Assembly: GCF_006345805.1 (NCBI RefSeq)
Contig: NC_042999.1
Span: forward strand, 66,526,001 to 66,590,000
DNA length: 64,000 bases
Direction of reading: 5' to 3'
Source of the DNA: Octopus sinensis
Lineage: Eukaryota
A program made the translations under genes and the position numbers. Positions 39,704 to 51,336 of this stretch are shown one piece after another; the first letter of the stretch is position 1, and the number at the start of each line of letters is the position of its first letter. The notes beneath the pieces are model-generated. The model was given only the letters and a program-made list of their open reading frames with translations. It was not told the origin of the DNA and did no database searches.

Positions 39704-40136
39704 GAATGTATTATAAATAAACAACGACCCTGCCCCGCTTAAGCCGATCAGCTAACTGATCAACATCAACGAAGCACATGGGTGAGTTTACATATATTAC
39801 ATCCGGATAAATGGCAAACTTTTACGAATTGCATTTCGGGAGAGGAAAAGTTTTTTCGGAATAAAAGTTTAGCAATTAAGGACACCTACTTAATAAGGAA
39901 AACTTAACAAGAAATTGTCAGGTAGATAGCGTGAAAACCTCATAAGAGAAAAAATTTCGAAAATAATTATTTCTTATTGAACATATTAATTTATATATAG
40001 AGGGCATTATACATACATGCCAGAAGGTATTATACATAAATGCCACACGCTAAGAGGGACAATTAGTCATTTCTACCAAAAATATTACTAATCCCACCGA
40101 ATGCAATTTTTCAAAGTAAGATATTTAAAAAGATTT

Positions 40137-40184
40137 AGACCTGTATCACAGTGATTTCATACTTACGTATTCATCAGCAGGCCT
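40137..40184 (-). ncRNA. Type I hammerhead ribozyme, unit 4 (intact)
   Basis: Identical motif to unit 3. Confidence 0.92.
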
Positions 40185-40616
40185 GAATGTATTATAAATA
40201 AACAACGACTCTGCCCCGCTTAAGCCGATCAGCTAACTGATCAACATCAACGAAGCACATGGGTGAGTTTACATATATTACATCCGGATAAATGGCAAAC
40301 TTTTACGAATTGCATTTCGGGAGAGGAAAAGTTTTTTCGGAATAAAAATTTAGCAATTAAGGACAACTACTTATAAGGAAAACTTAACAAGAAATTGTCA
40401 GGTAGATAGCGTGAAAACCTCATAAGAGAAAAAATTTCGAAAATAATTATTTCTTATTGAACATATTAATTTATATATAGAGGGCATTATACATACATGC
40501 CAGAAGGCATTATACATAAATGCCACACGCTAAGAGGGACAATTAGTCATTTCTACCAAAAATATTACTAATCCCACCGAATGCAATTTTTCAAAGTAAG
40601 ATATTTAAAAAAATAT

Positions 40617-40664
40617 AGACCTGTATCACAGTTATTTCATACTTACGTATTCATCAGCAGGCCT
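40617..40664 (-). ncRNA. Type I hammerhead ribozyme, unit 5 (one stem III mismatch)
   Basis: GAAA-taac-t-gtga-TA; rest identical to unit 3. Confidence 0.8.
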
Positions 40665-40923
40665 GAATGTATTATAAATAAACAACAACCCTGCCCCGCT
40701 TAAGCCGATCAGCTAACTGATCAACATCAACGAAGCACATGGGTGAGTTTACATATATTACATCCGGATAAATGGCAAACTTTTACGAATTGCATTTCGG
40801 GAGAGGAAAAGTTTTTTCGGAATAAAAATTTAGCAATTAAGGACAACTACTTAATAAGGAAAACTTAACAAGAAATTGTCAGGTAGATAGCGTGAAAACC
40901 TCATAAGAGAAAAAATTTCGAAA

Positions 40924-41082
<159 letters not shown>

Positions 41083-41393
41083 TACTTCTTAAGCAGTACA
41101 CTTCTTTCCATCCAAGCTAGATATTTAATTATTGAATATGTTCAAGGAAATAATACGCGCAATCGATGGTAAACACACGCGCACACAAGCACACACAAGC
41201 ACGCACATATGTGAACAGAAGAAACAGGAATAGAAAAAAAGGAAATACATAATACTTGTTTGCGTTATTTCTATTAGTTTATTGTTATTATTATATTTCT
41301 AGTATTTTTTGGTCCTAATCTCCCAGTTCTTTGCTATAGTGAACATGGACTGTTTTTATTTAATGTCATTGTACGTGGTATTATACGAGATAA

Positions 41394-41808
41394 GGCGGCG
41401 AGCTGGCAGAAACGTTAGCACGCCGGGCGAAATACTCAGCGGTATTTCGTCTGCCGCTACGTTCTGAGTTCAAATTCCGCCGAGGTCGACTTTGCCTTTA
41501 TTCCTTTCGGGGTAGATTAAATAAGTACCGATTACACACTGGGATCGATATAATCGACTTAGTCCTTTTGTCTGTCCTTGTTTGTTCTCTCTGTGCTTAG
41601 CCCCTTGTGAGTTGTAAAGAAATAGGTATTTCGTCTTTCGCTACGTTGTGAGTTCAAATTCCGCCGAGGTCGACTTTGCCTTTCATCCTTTCGGGGTCGA
41701 TTAGATAAGTACCAGCTACACAGTGGGGTCGATGTAATCAACTTAATCCGTTTGTCTGTCCTTGTTTCTCCTCTCTGTGTTTAGCCCCTTGTGGATAGTA
41801 AAGAAATA
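41394..41808 (+). mobile_element. OK-like SINE dimer (one head, two body/tail units) with 17-bp TSD
   Basis: TSD ggtattatacgagataa at 41377-41393 and 41809-41825; internal junction aaagaaataggtatttcgtc. Confidence 0.9.
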
Positions 41809-42195
41809 GGTATTATACGAGATAACAAATGAAGGCAGAATTTTCGGCCAGCAGAGGAGAGATCCGCTTGTTCTGTCTGTTAATTATTTCCTTTATTGTT
41901 TTTTTTTTTATTATTTTATCGTCTGAGCCCATTTCTTACATTTATGATTATGGAATGCCTTCACCGAAATAGTTTCATATGCTGCATTTCATTTATTCAA
42001 ACGCTATCCGAATTACTCTCTCTCACTCTCTTTCTTTCTTTCTTTCCCCCTCTCAATCTCAAATTCTTTCTCTCACTTTCTCCTCTGTATACAGTTTTCA
42101 ACCAGCTTATATACTCTGCATTCTTGCGCTCCCGGCTTATCACCACATAACTCTATGCTATCTTTCAACTTCCAACAATCAGACGCATTCCATAT

Positions 42196-42491
42196 CACCG
42201 TGATCACCGTGACCGACCAGGCTATCAGATGATGTTACACATCGCTGGTCACAATGCGCTTCGCATTGCTTTAGCCTTCAAATGACGCCACCCGCAGGCC
42301 AACAGAAGAAAGAATGAGAGAAAGTTGTGGCGAAAGAGTACGACAGGGATCGCCACCACCCCCTGCCGGAGCCTCGTGGAGCTTTAGGTGTTTTTCGCTC
42401 AATAAACACTCACAACGCCCGGTCTGAGAATCGAAACCGCGATCCTATGACCGCGAATCAGCTGCCCTAACCACTGAGCCAGTGCGTCTCC
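42196..42491 (-). mobile_element. tRNA-derived SINE (OR-type head), tail variant 2, 13-bp TSD
   Basis: TSD acgcattccatat at 42183-42195 and 42492-42504; near-identical family copy at 48813-49123. Confidence 0.88.
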
Positions 42492-42636
42492 ACGCATTCC
42501 ATATATTCTCTGTAACGTGTTGTGCAAGATTTTACCGCACTTTTCTTTACGCGTTATACTTGTACTATTGTACTGATATTTCACTTTCATTTTTATTCTC
42601 ATCATAATTGGAAAAAACGCTTCATTGTATCAAAAA

Positions 42637-43007
42637 CTAGCAGTATCGCCCGGCGTTGCTCGGGTTTGTAAGGGAAATAACTATAAAGCATTTTTAGAGA
42701 GTTATAGCCAAAAATTGGAAAAAAAATGATGGTAAATATTTTTTTAGTTAAAAAGGTCGAGTTGCGTCCCCTAGACAGTCTGTGGTTTGTGTTTCTGATT
42801 CTCGACCCCATGTCGAAGTTATCGATTTTTTTCAGAACTGGGGGAACTTTTCAAAGTTTTCTCTGCGTTAGTTTTGAATTATGACATTGGGCTAAGTGTG
42901 TGTCAAGTTTCATCAGAATCGGTTGAAAGCCGTGGTCAGGGTGAGGGTACAACCTAACAGACACACAGAAACACGCACAGACAAACTGCCGTTTATATAG
43001 AGAGAGA
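42637..43007 (-). mobile_element. Non-autonomous Helitron
   Basis: Minus strand a|TC start, subterminal hairpin cccgagcaacgccggg, CTAG|t end; A/T insertion site, no TSD. Confidence 0.85.
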
Positions 43008-43446
43008 TACGCTTATGTTTCCTTCAATTACATCCGACGTAGATCTGCGTCTTTCGTTTATAACTTCCAAATTTCTGAGGAACTTCTATTTGTTTCATAT
43101 GTAGTTGAGCATTGGATCGAAAGAAAATATATTTTGTCGGACTCGTGTATTTTGATGCATACGTGTGTATATGCATGTATATCTTTTTAACTCGTCGTCT
43201 CTTTCCACACACACACGCACATGCATACACATAAACGTACACAAATACGCACACATATATATACGTACACACACATATATATATATATAAATGTACACCC
43301 GCCCTGATATACATGGTCATGAATAGACCATGACATACAAATGTTAACACAAGCTCTTTTATTAACATGGACAACAAAAGAGAGATATGTGCGTGCTACT
43401 GTATATTTTTGCTCTTTCTGCCTTTGTGCGTGTATGTATGTATGTA

Positions 43447-43488
<42 letters not shown>

Positions 43489-44352
43489 TGTGTGTAGGTA
43501 TGTATATATATATATATATATACACACACGAATACAAACCTATATAGACACATACATACATACATACATACATCATACATACATACATACATACATACAT
43601 ACATACATACATACATACATACATACATACATGCATACATACATGCATACATACAAACATACATGATTGTGTGTGTGCTTGTGTAAGCTATTCACTCATC
43701 ACAGTAGATCCATATATATTTATAAGGCAAAATGAAAATTCTAGTTTCATTAGATTAAGTATCATATTCCTTACTTGTACGTGCTGTGCGACTCTTTGAT
43801 ATGATCAATCAGGATTTCATCGATCTCAATGTAAGGATTATTGTGTCAATACTTTTTTGTAGACATCCACGTCACTATTTGACATCCGAGGATAAAGTAC
43901 TATGTGGGTGGTACTATTGTGCGCATGTATATATGTTGATATGAGAATGAACATTGTGCAGATATACTGTAAAAACTTGTTGCTAGAATAATATTATTGC
44001 TTACTCACGTATTGTTAGTATTTGCTATATTTTATATAGAATTATCGTTTCTGATAAGATTGAATCTGTCGAAATGAATGAAAAACACGTCGCTTGACTA
44101 CTGAAGCACTGTGATAAGTTACAGCCATGAGAAAGACATCAGGGCTGAATAAATAACATTGTTAAAATTATATCACAAAAGCTAGTTCTCTTCTGGTTGC
44201 AAAATATCCGCGCCCTTATCAGTTGGTGATGCTTTTGAAAGTGCCAATGCTGCAAATTTTTCAGTGCGTGCTGATTCCATACAAACAAACTTGACTGCAT
44301 TCATTTACTCAAAATAAACTAATAATATTAGGTCTTGTCACCAACAGATCAT

Positions 44353-44541
44353 CTAACCTTTGACGATATGTTTTCATAAAACATGCGATTCTGGGACTTT
44401 GAAGCACCGTGGTGTTTCCATTTCGTTGAGTGTCTTCTTAGTCAAACATACTCCTCCAGACCGACGGATATAAGAAAACTCATGAGCACTGGATTGTAAA
44501 AACCAGTAAAGGTAAAAATATTTTGCTAATGTGCACCGATG
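44353..44541 (-). repeat. Second copy of the 189-bp dispersed repeat
   Basis: Reverse complement of 36159-36347. Confidence 0.9.
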
Positions 44542-44712
44542 CACAACTGCCAAGAGTAGTAGCCAAACTCTCCCTAAATCAAACCATACTCCCTTAAAAT
44601 GGAGAACAATGCACAATGTAGACTGAGACATACTCTGACCGAAACCACGACGAGGCAATCATACTGTTGGTCGTTAAATCTTTTCTGTCAAGTCTCCTCT
44701 GGACTAAACCAA

Positions 44713-44788
44713 CTGAGTGACAAAGACTCAGCTGAGTGACAAAGACTCAGCTGAGTGAGGAAGATTCAGCCGAGTGACACAGATTCAC
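44713..44788. repeat. 19-bp self-complementary minisatellite x4
   Basis: ctgagtgacaaagactcag x2 plus two diverged units; each folds ctgagt/actcag. Confidence 0.9.
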
Positions 44789-45441
44789 TCAGCAGTACAC
44801 TTCATTTAGTCACTCTTAACAAACTTGTTTTCCTTTTCTTTAACTGTCGTATCACCATTATAACACTTCTTGCCCTCTGGCCTAGAAAACTACCAATTCC
44901 TCCGATGTTCTCTTGATACTTTCTCATCAGAACTTGTGTCTTTCTACACTATAACTCTGTTTCCTAACGCTTCTTATCCAGGACTGTAATATTCTAATTC
45001 TGCCCCTATTCATGTCTTTTCTCTTGATACTAACATACATATTACAAAGTGAATTCACTTGATTCCTTTGGGTGGTGTTGCAAAGATCCACGGTATCTCT
45101 CTTTTTGCCTGAAACTGGTAGCTTCGTCAGAAATCTCAATGGAAACCAGGGATCACACAGCGTGTGTTACATGATAAAACTTATTGAAAACTTAGACAAT
45201 GAACAAGGTCGGTAAACAACTTCATGTCTAAATATCAGTATTTACATACAATTTGAAATCCAGATTTGTTATCTCTGAATAAACGCTGTTATTCAGAGAT
45301 GTTCTATGATTGTATGATACTATGTATCTCGCTATCATAAGAATAATATACGAGGAGGCTGTTACTGCGTTTGGCATAGAAGAATTGCAAATATAGCTTT
45401 AATTCATGTTATGTATGTATTTATGTATGTAGTTGCGTGTA

Positions 45442-45517
<76 letters not shown>

Positions 45518-45562
45518 ATATATATATATATATATACAATATGTTACATTACTCGGTAGTCA

Positions 45563-45625
45563 AGATAAAACTCTGAGTTTCAGATGCCGAAGTGGAAATC
45601 CACAACACCATCTCTTCGGTTATCT
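45563..45625 (-). ncRNA. Variant type I hammerhead-like motif in the left pLTR arm
   Basis: Reverse complement of 46796-46858. Confidence 0.55.
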
Positions 45626-46795
45626 GGCTATTTGAAAACGTTATGAAAAAATACCGTTAAAAATGAAGGGAAATTACTCTGTTATAACTCTGCTTTGCCT
45701 GCGTACTTATACATCGCTCGCATTTTTCATCATAAAAATTATATAAAATACATAAAAATATATAAAAATATATAAAAAATATATAAAATCTTCTTGGGAC
45801 ATAACACAGAAAGCATGTTCTATCCGTTTTCTTTAGGGGACCAAAAACGTAACAGAAATTTAGTCACATGTGGGCATGATCCGAAAAGCTCTGTCCTTGT
45901 ATTTAGACATGTGGTAGGGTCTAAGCTGCTTTTCCAGATAAGCCATCTCCATGTCGCATAAACCGCACCTTCCGCTGCCGTTATTGGAAATATTTACCTA
46001 GCACTGATAGATAGACATTTTCCAGTTAACCATGCTTATAGGAAACTCTTCAATAGACACAATTTAAAAATTAGTTTTAGTTCAACTACCAATTTTAAAA
46101 ACATAATCAATCATAACATACAAAAAACACAAGAAGAAAACAGCTGTTCATGCAGGAATAAAGAATTGTGCCCGCTAAATGGAGCTTGCATGTCCAAGAC
46201 CATCATATATGAAGCTACCGTAAACTCTATAACCACTAAAGACACCGTTTCGACGAAGAAATACGTGGGCCTGACAGAGGGTAATTTCAAGGCCAGGTTC
46301 AATAACCACACTTTGAGCTTTAGGCACTGGAACAAAAGAAAAGCGACACAATTATCCAATCATATTTGGTCTTTAAGAGATAAAGGTGTCGATTATAACA
46401 TACAATGGAAGATTTTGGCCAGATGTAAGCCCTACACTAACCGCAGCGGAAGGTGCGGTTTATGCGACATGGAGAGATGGCTTATCTGGAAAAGCAGCTT
46501 AGACCCTACCATGTCTAAATACAAGGACAGAGCTTTTCGGATCATGCCCACATGTGACTAAATTTCTGTTACGTTTTTGGTCCCCTAAAGAAAACGGATA
46601 GAACATGCTTTCTGTGTTATGTCCCAAGAAGATTTTATATATTTTTTATATATTTTTATATATTTTTATGTATTTTATGTAATTTTTATGACGAAAAATG
46701 CGAGCGATGTATAAGTACGCAGGCAAAGCAGAGTTATAACAGAGTAATTTCCCTTCGTTTTTAACGGTATTTTTTCATAACGTTTTCAAATAGGC

Positions 46796-46858
46796 AGATA
46801 ACCGAAGAGATGGTGTTGTGGATTTCCACTTCGGCATCTGAAACTCAGAGTTTTATCT
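46796..46858 (+). ncRNA. Variant type I hammerhead-like motif in the right pLTR arm
   Basis: agataa-CCGAAGA-gatg...catc-t-GAAA-ctc(a)gag-UU-ttatct: 6-bp stem I, U4C change, one extra U. Confidence 0.55.
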
Positions 46859-46980
46859 TGACTACCGAGTAATGTAACATATTGTATAGATAAATTTCCT
46901 CTATTTACATAATATTGAGGTCTCTTTCTTTCTTTTGTTATCTTACCGTTTTATCAATATATATATATATATATATGTTT

Positions 46981-47305
46981 AGGCGCAGGAATGGATGTGT
47001 GGTAAGTAGCGTGCTTACTAACCGGGTTCAGTCCCGCTGCGTGGCACCTTGTGTAAGTGTCTTCTACGACAGCCCCGGGCCGACCAAATCCTTGCGAGTG
47101 GATTTGGTAGACGGAAACTGAAAGAAACCCGTTGTATATATGTATGTGTGTGTGAGTGCATATGTGTGAATATGTTTGTGTGTCTGTGTTTGTCCCACCA
47201 ACATTGCTTGACAACCGATTCTGGTGTGTTTACATCCCCGTAACTTAGCAGTTCGGCTAAACAGACCGATAGAATAAGTACTAGGCTGGGATCGACTTGC
47301 TCGAC
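46981..47305 (+). mobile_element. tRNA-derived CORE-type SINE (OR2-like), 3'-truncated; duplicated at 47881-48205
   Basis: tRNA-like head, caccttg.g.aagtg core, internal (TA)(TG) tract; same family as 49355-50096. Confidence 0.7.
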
Positions 47306-47785
47306 GGATATTTGTCCTCATCTTGTTTGTTGCTAACAAAACGTTTCGGCTGATATACCCTCCAGCCTTCATCAGGTGTCTTGGGGAAATTTCGAACCTG
47401 ACTTCTCATTCCCAAGGTATTTTTCGATGTTATTATTAATAATTAAGGTCATTGCCTGGAACCAAACTCGGAATCTTTGGGTTAGAAGCCCGCACTGTTA
47501 ACCACTACGCCATATGCCCGTGAGCAATTATGGAGTGAATTTTAGGACTTATAAGTCTAATATTTCCTTCCTTAATACCGGTTCCCATATGTTACTCGTA
47601 TCAGCACTTGGTCTGCTTAGGAGGTTGTTGTGTCTTGGCATATACGCTGCTTCTTTTAGTTTCTGCATTTTCCAGTGGTGTTCTCTGTTATCTTAACTTT
47701 ATCCCACAGCCGAAACGTTGTGTTAACTACAAACAAGATGAGGACAAACATCTGTCAAATGTAAATAATGTAAATAATTTATGTA
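47306..47785 (-). mobile_element. Penelope-like 3' end: endonuclease C-terminus, tRNA-like segment, hammerhead, inverted partial pLTR; duplicated +900 bp
   Basis: Minus frame HWKMQKLKEAAYM...LLSRPS...IWEPVL*; 47306-47352 is the reverse complement of 47707-47752. Confidence 0.75.
47335..47380 (-). ncRNA. Minimal type I hammerhead motif (also 48234-48278)
   Basis: gacac-CUGAUGA-a-ggctg...cagcc-GAAAC-GUU-(t/g)tgtt; the inverted arm at 47707 retains gaaacgttgtgtt, which restores stem I. Confidence 0.7.
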
Positions 47786-48749
47786 TACATACATTATATA
47801 TATTGTATGTATGTATATAATTTTGTGTGTGTCTGTGTATATATGTATGCATATATATATATATATATATATATATGTTTAGGCGCAGGAATGGATGTGT
47901 GGTAAGTAGCGTGCTTACTAACCGGGTTCAGTCCCGCTGCGTGGCACCTTGTGTAAGTGTCTTCTACGACAGCCCCGGGCCGACCAAATCCTTGCGAGTG
48001 GATTTGGTAGACGGAAACTGAAAGAAACCCGTTGTATATATGTATGTGTGTGTGAGTGCATATGTGTGTATATGTTTGTGTGTCTGTGTTTGTCCCACCA
48101 ACATTGCTTGACAACCGATTCTGGTGTGTTTACATCCCCGTAACTTAGCAGTTCGGCTAAACAGACCGATAGAATAAGTACTAGGCTGGGGTCGACTTGC
48201 TCGACGGATATTGTCCTCATCTTGTTTGTTGCTAACAAAACGTTTCGGCTGATATACCCTCAGCCTTCATCAGGTGTCTTGGGGAAATTTCGAACCTGAC
48301 TTCTCATTCCCAAGGTATTTTTCGATGTTATTATTAATAATTAAGGTCATTGCCTGGAAACAAACTCGGAATCTTTGGGTTAGAAGCCCGCACTGTTAAC
48401 CACTACGCCATATGCCCGTGAGCAATTATGGAGTGAATTTTAGGACTTATAAGTCTAATATTTCCTTCCTTAATACCGGTTCCCATATGTTACTCGTATC
48501 AGCACTTGGTCTGCTTAGGAGGTTGTTGTGTCTTGGCATATACGCTGCTTCTTTTAGTTTCTGCATTTTCCAGTGGTGTTCTCTGTTATCTTAACTTTAT
48601 CCCACAGCCGAAACGTTGTGTTAACTACAAACAAGATGAGGACAAACATCTGTCAAATGTAAATAATGTAAATAATTTATGTATACATACATTATATATA
48701 TTGTATGTATGTATATAATTTTGTGTGTGTCTGTGTATATATGTATGCA

Positions 48750-48782
<33 letters not shown>

Positions 48783-48812
48783 TTATATATTTATGTGTGT
48801 ATGTATGTATGT

Positions 48813-49123
48813 GGAGGCGCAATGGCCCAGTGGTTAGGGTAGCGGACTCGCGGTTGTAGGATTGTAGTTTCGATTCCCAGACCGGGCGTTGTGAGTGTTT
48901 ATTGAGCGAAAACACCTAAAGCTCCACGAGGCTCCGGCAGTGGGCGATGGCGAACCCTGCTGTATTCTTTCACCACAACTGTCTCTCACTCTTTCTTCTG
49001 TTGGTCTGCTCGCTTAGCCAGCGGGGTGGCGTCATTTTAAGGCTAAAACAATGCGAATCGCATTGTGACCAGCGATGTGTAGCAACATCTGATAGCCTGG
49101 TCGGTCACAGTGATCACGGTGAT
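48813..49123 (+). mobile_element. tRNA-derived SINE (OR-type head), tail variant 2, in (TATG)n
   Basis: Matches 42196-42491 end to end. Confidence 0.88.
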
Positions 49124-49354
49124 GTATGTATGTATGTATGTATGTATGTGTGTGTGTGTATGTATGTATCAGTTTATGTTTATATAGTTATGTGTACTTG
49201 TATGAATATTTTTATATTGTGGTTGTTGTAACATTTACAAGTAGTGTACAATATTATCAGAAATTAACTTTACGAATAAAGAAAAATCAATCATTTAGTT
49301 TGAGATTCAATTGATCTGCTCGGTTATTTTCATGAATATATACTTTCCTATCCA

Positions 49355-49518
49355 TCGTAGGAGTAGCTGTGTGATAAGTAGCTTGCTTACCACCCACATG
49401 GTTCCGGGTTCAGTCCCACTGCGTAGCACCTTGGGCAAGTGTCTACTACTATAGCCTCTAGCCGACCGAAGCCTTGTGAGTGGATTTGGTAGATGGAAAC
49501 TGAAAGAAGCCCGTCGTA

Positions 49519-49555
<37 letters not shown>

Positions 49556-49783
49556 ATATATATAAGAGGGAACCTCTATGTGGAAGCCCTTACGCTAGAA
49601 AGAGATCCGCATAGGTCTCAACCACTAAGAATTGTTCTCCAGAAAATTAAGCACATTAGAAACATTTCTGATGTGCTAAATAGTATAAAATACTATTTAC
49701 TGAATCTCAGTTTTTTATACGCTAGACCACTGGTGTTAAATTGACGTTATTAAATTAATATCCAATTTTTCACCCTCATTTTG

Positions 49784-49852
<69 letters not shown>

Positions 49853-50096
49853 GCGTGTGTGTGTGTGTGTGTGTGTGTGTAAGTGTTCGTGTGTCTGTGT
49901 TTGTCCCCCAACATCGCTTGACAACTGATGCTGGTTGTTTACGTCCCCGTAACGTAGCGGTTCGGTGAAACAGACCGATATAATAAGTACTAGGCATACA
50001 AAGAATAAGTCCTGGGGTCGTTTTACTCGACTAAAACGTGGTACTTCAGCATGGCCACAGTCAAATGACTGAAACAAGTAAGAGAGTAAAAGAGAG
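49355..50096 (+). mobile_element. CORE-type SINE with CR1-like tail, split by a ~230-bp insertion in its internal (TA)n
   Basis: caccttgggcaagtg core at ~49427; tail cagcatggccacagtcaaatgactgaaacaagtaagagagtaaaagag. Confidence 0.75.
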
Positions 50097-51226
50097 GGTA
50101 TCCTTTACATGGTATGTTCGATGCTGGTAAACCCTTCAACACTAGGAAACATTTTATGGAAAATGAGTCAAGTCACATTTTTGAATTATCAGCTTCGTCA
50201 GAAGAATGTTTTTGGATTGACACTGAAAGAGTAATGGTGTCATTGTGGTGTATTTGACACTTTCAAACGTAAATGTATGAGGAGGGTTTCAGAAATCATG
50301 TGTGTGTGTGTGTGTTCTCTACATGCACTAAATGACTTTGACGCATGTAAAAAAAAAATCAGTTGGCATGTATGAAAGATCTTTTAAGAGACTTTATATG
50401 AATCAAAATTATACTTTCAAATATGTTAGAAATAGGAACGTTGCAGCTTTGTTTCGGAAAATATTATAATTGAAAGAGAGTCGCTCAACCTTTCAAATAT
50501 TATCGTCAATTTTAGAATTTAGAATTCATAATAAAAATATTAATAGCATTCTTCTGTGTAACTTGTATAACGCGCAAAACCTCATGCTTCAAAATCGCTG
50601 CTGGTCTTTCCCTTGAAAAAGCAAATAAAAATATACTCCTCCAGTTTTATATTCCTTTCACATACATATATATCCAATTAAACATATGCACATAAGCATG
50701 CGCGCGCATGTGCGTGTTTGTGTGTGCCTGCGTTAGCGGGGAGCAGATTTGAAAAGTTTTACCTGTCATCACGACTGCTTATTTGTATTGATTTTTTTGT
50801 TTCTATAGTTTTCGAAGTTGAAATAATCTCACATTGATTACGATCATTTCTGCAGCAATGAATTATAATATGGAATGTTTTGTAGTATGTTTGAGAGAAT
50901 TATGCTATGATCATAGATGCTATAATCATACGTGCTTTTCGAAATATTTTTATTAATTACCTTTATTAATTTCTATGTAGCTAAGATCATACAAACTATA
51001 CATTTATTTTTTAAAGTCTTATTTTTGAAAGTTAGGTTATAGAAGTTATTTTTTTCTGTGTTATGTTCTATTTTCAGTTACGCATTTCTGTATGCTGTCT
51101 TTTATTTACTCTAAAATTATACACATTCGGCGTACCTATATATCTGTGTGTACACACACACACACACATACACACATATATATATACATATATATATATA
51201 TTCGTGTGTGGGTTCATGTATATGTG

Positions 51227-51336
<110 letters not shown>

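Larger units (their letters stand above)
38559..40925 (-). repeat. Tandem array of ~4.9 x ~480-bp hammerhead-containing units (retrozyme-like)
   Basis: Unit starts (gggcattata) at 38559, 39051, 39523, 40002 and 40482; no ORF; one hammerhead per unit. Confidence 0.95.
45533..46888 (+). mobile_element. Penelope-like element, 5'-truncated, with ~450-bp inverted pseudo-LTR arms
   Basis: Arms 45533-45983 and 46438-46888; coding frame from ~45985 LIDRHFP...SCSCRNKELCPLNGAC...IIYEATV...KYVGLTEGNFKARFNNH (GIY-YIG; possibly Nematis clade). Confidence 0.9.
46977..48772. repeat. Near-identical 900-bp tandem duplication
   Basis: gtttaggcgcagg at 46977 and 47877; about five differences seen. Confidence 0.95.

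Noticed and set aside
38559-40925. CRISPR array interpretation of the tandem units
   Set aside because: Eukaryotic context; whole ~480-bp units repeat with no unique spacers and no cas genes.
45985-46561. Assignment of this PLE to the N-terminal-endonuclease Naiad group or a selenoprotein variant
   Set aside because: The endonuclease is C-terminal to the RT remnant, and no in-frame TGA occurs at Cys positions.
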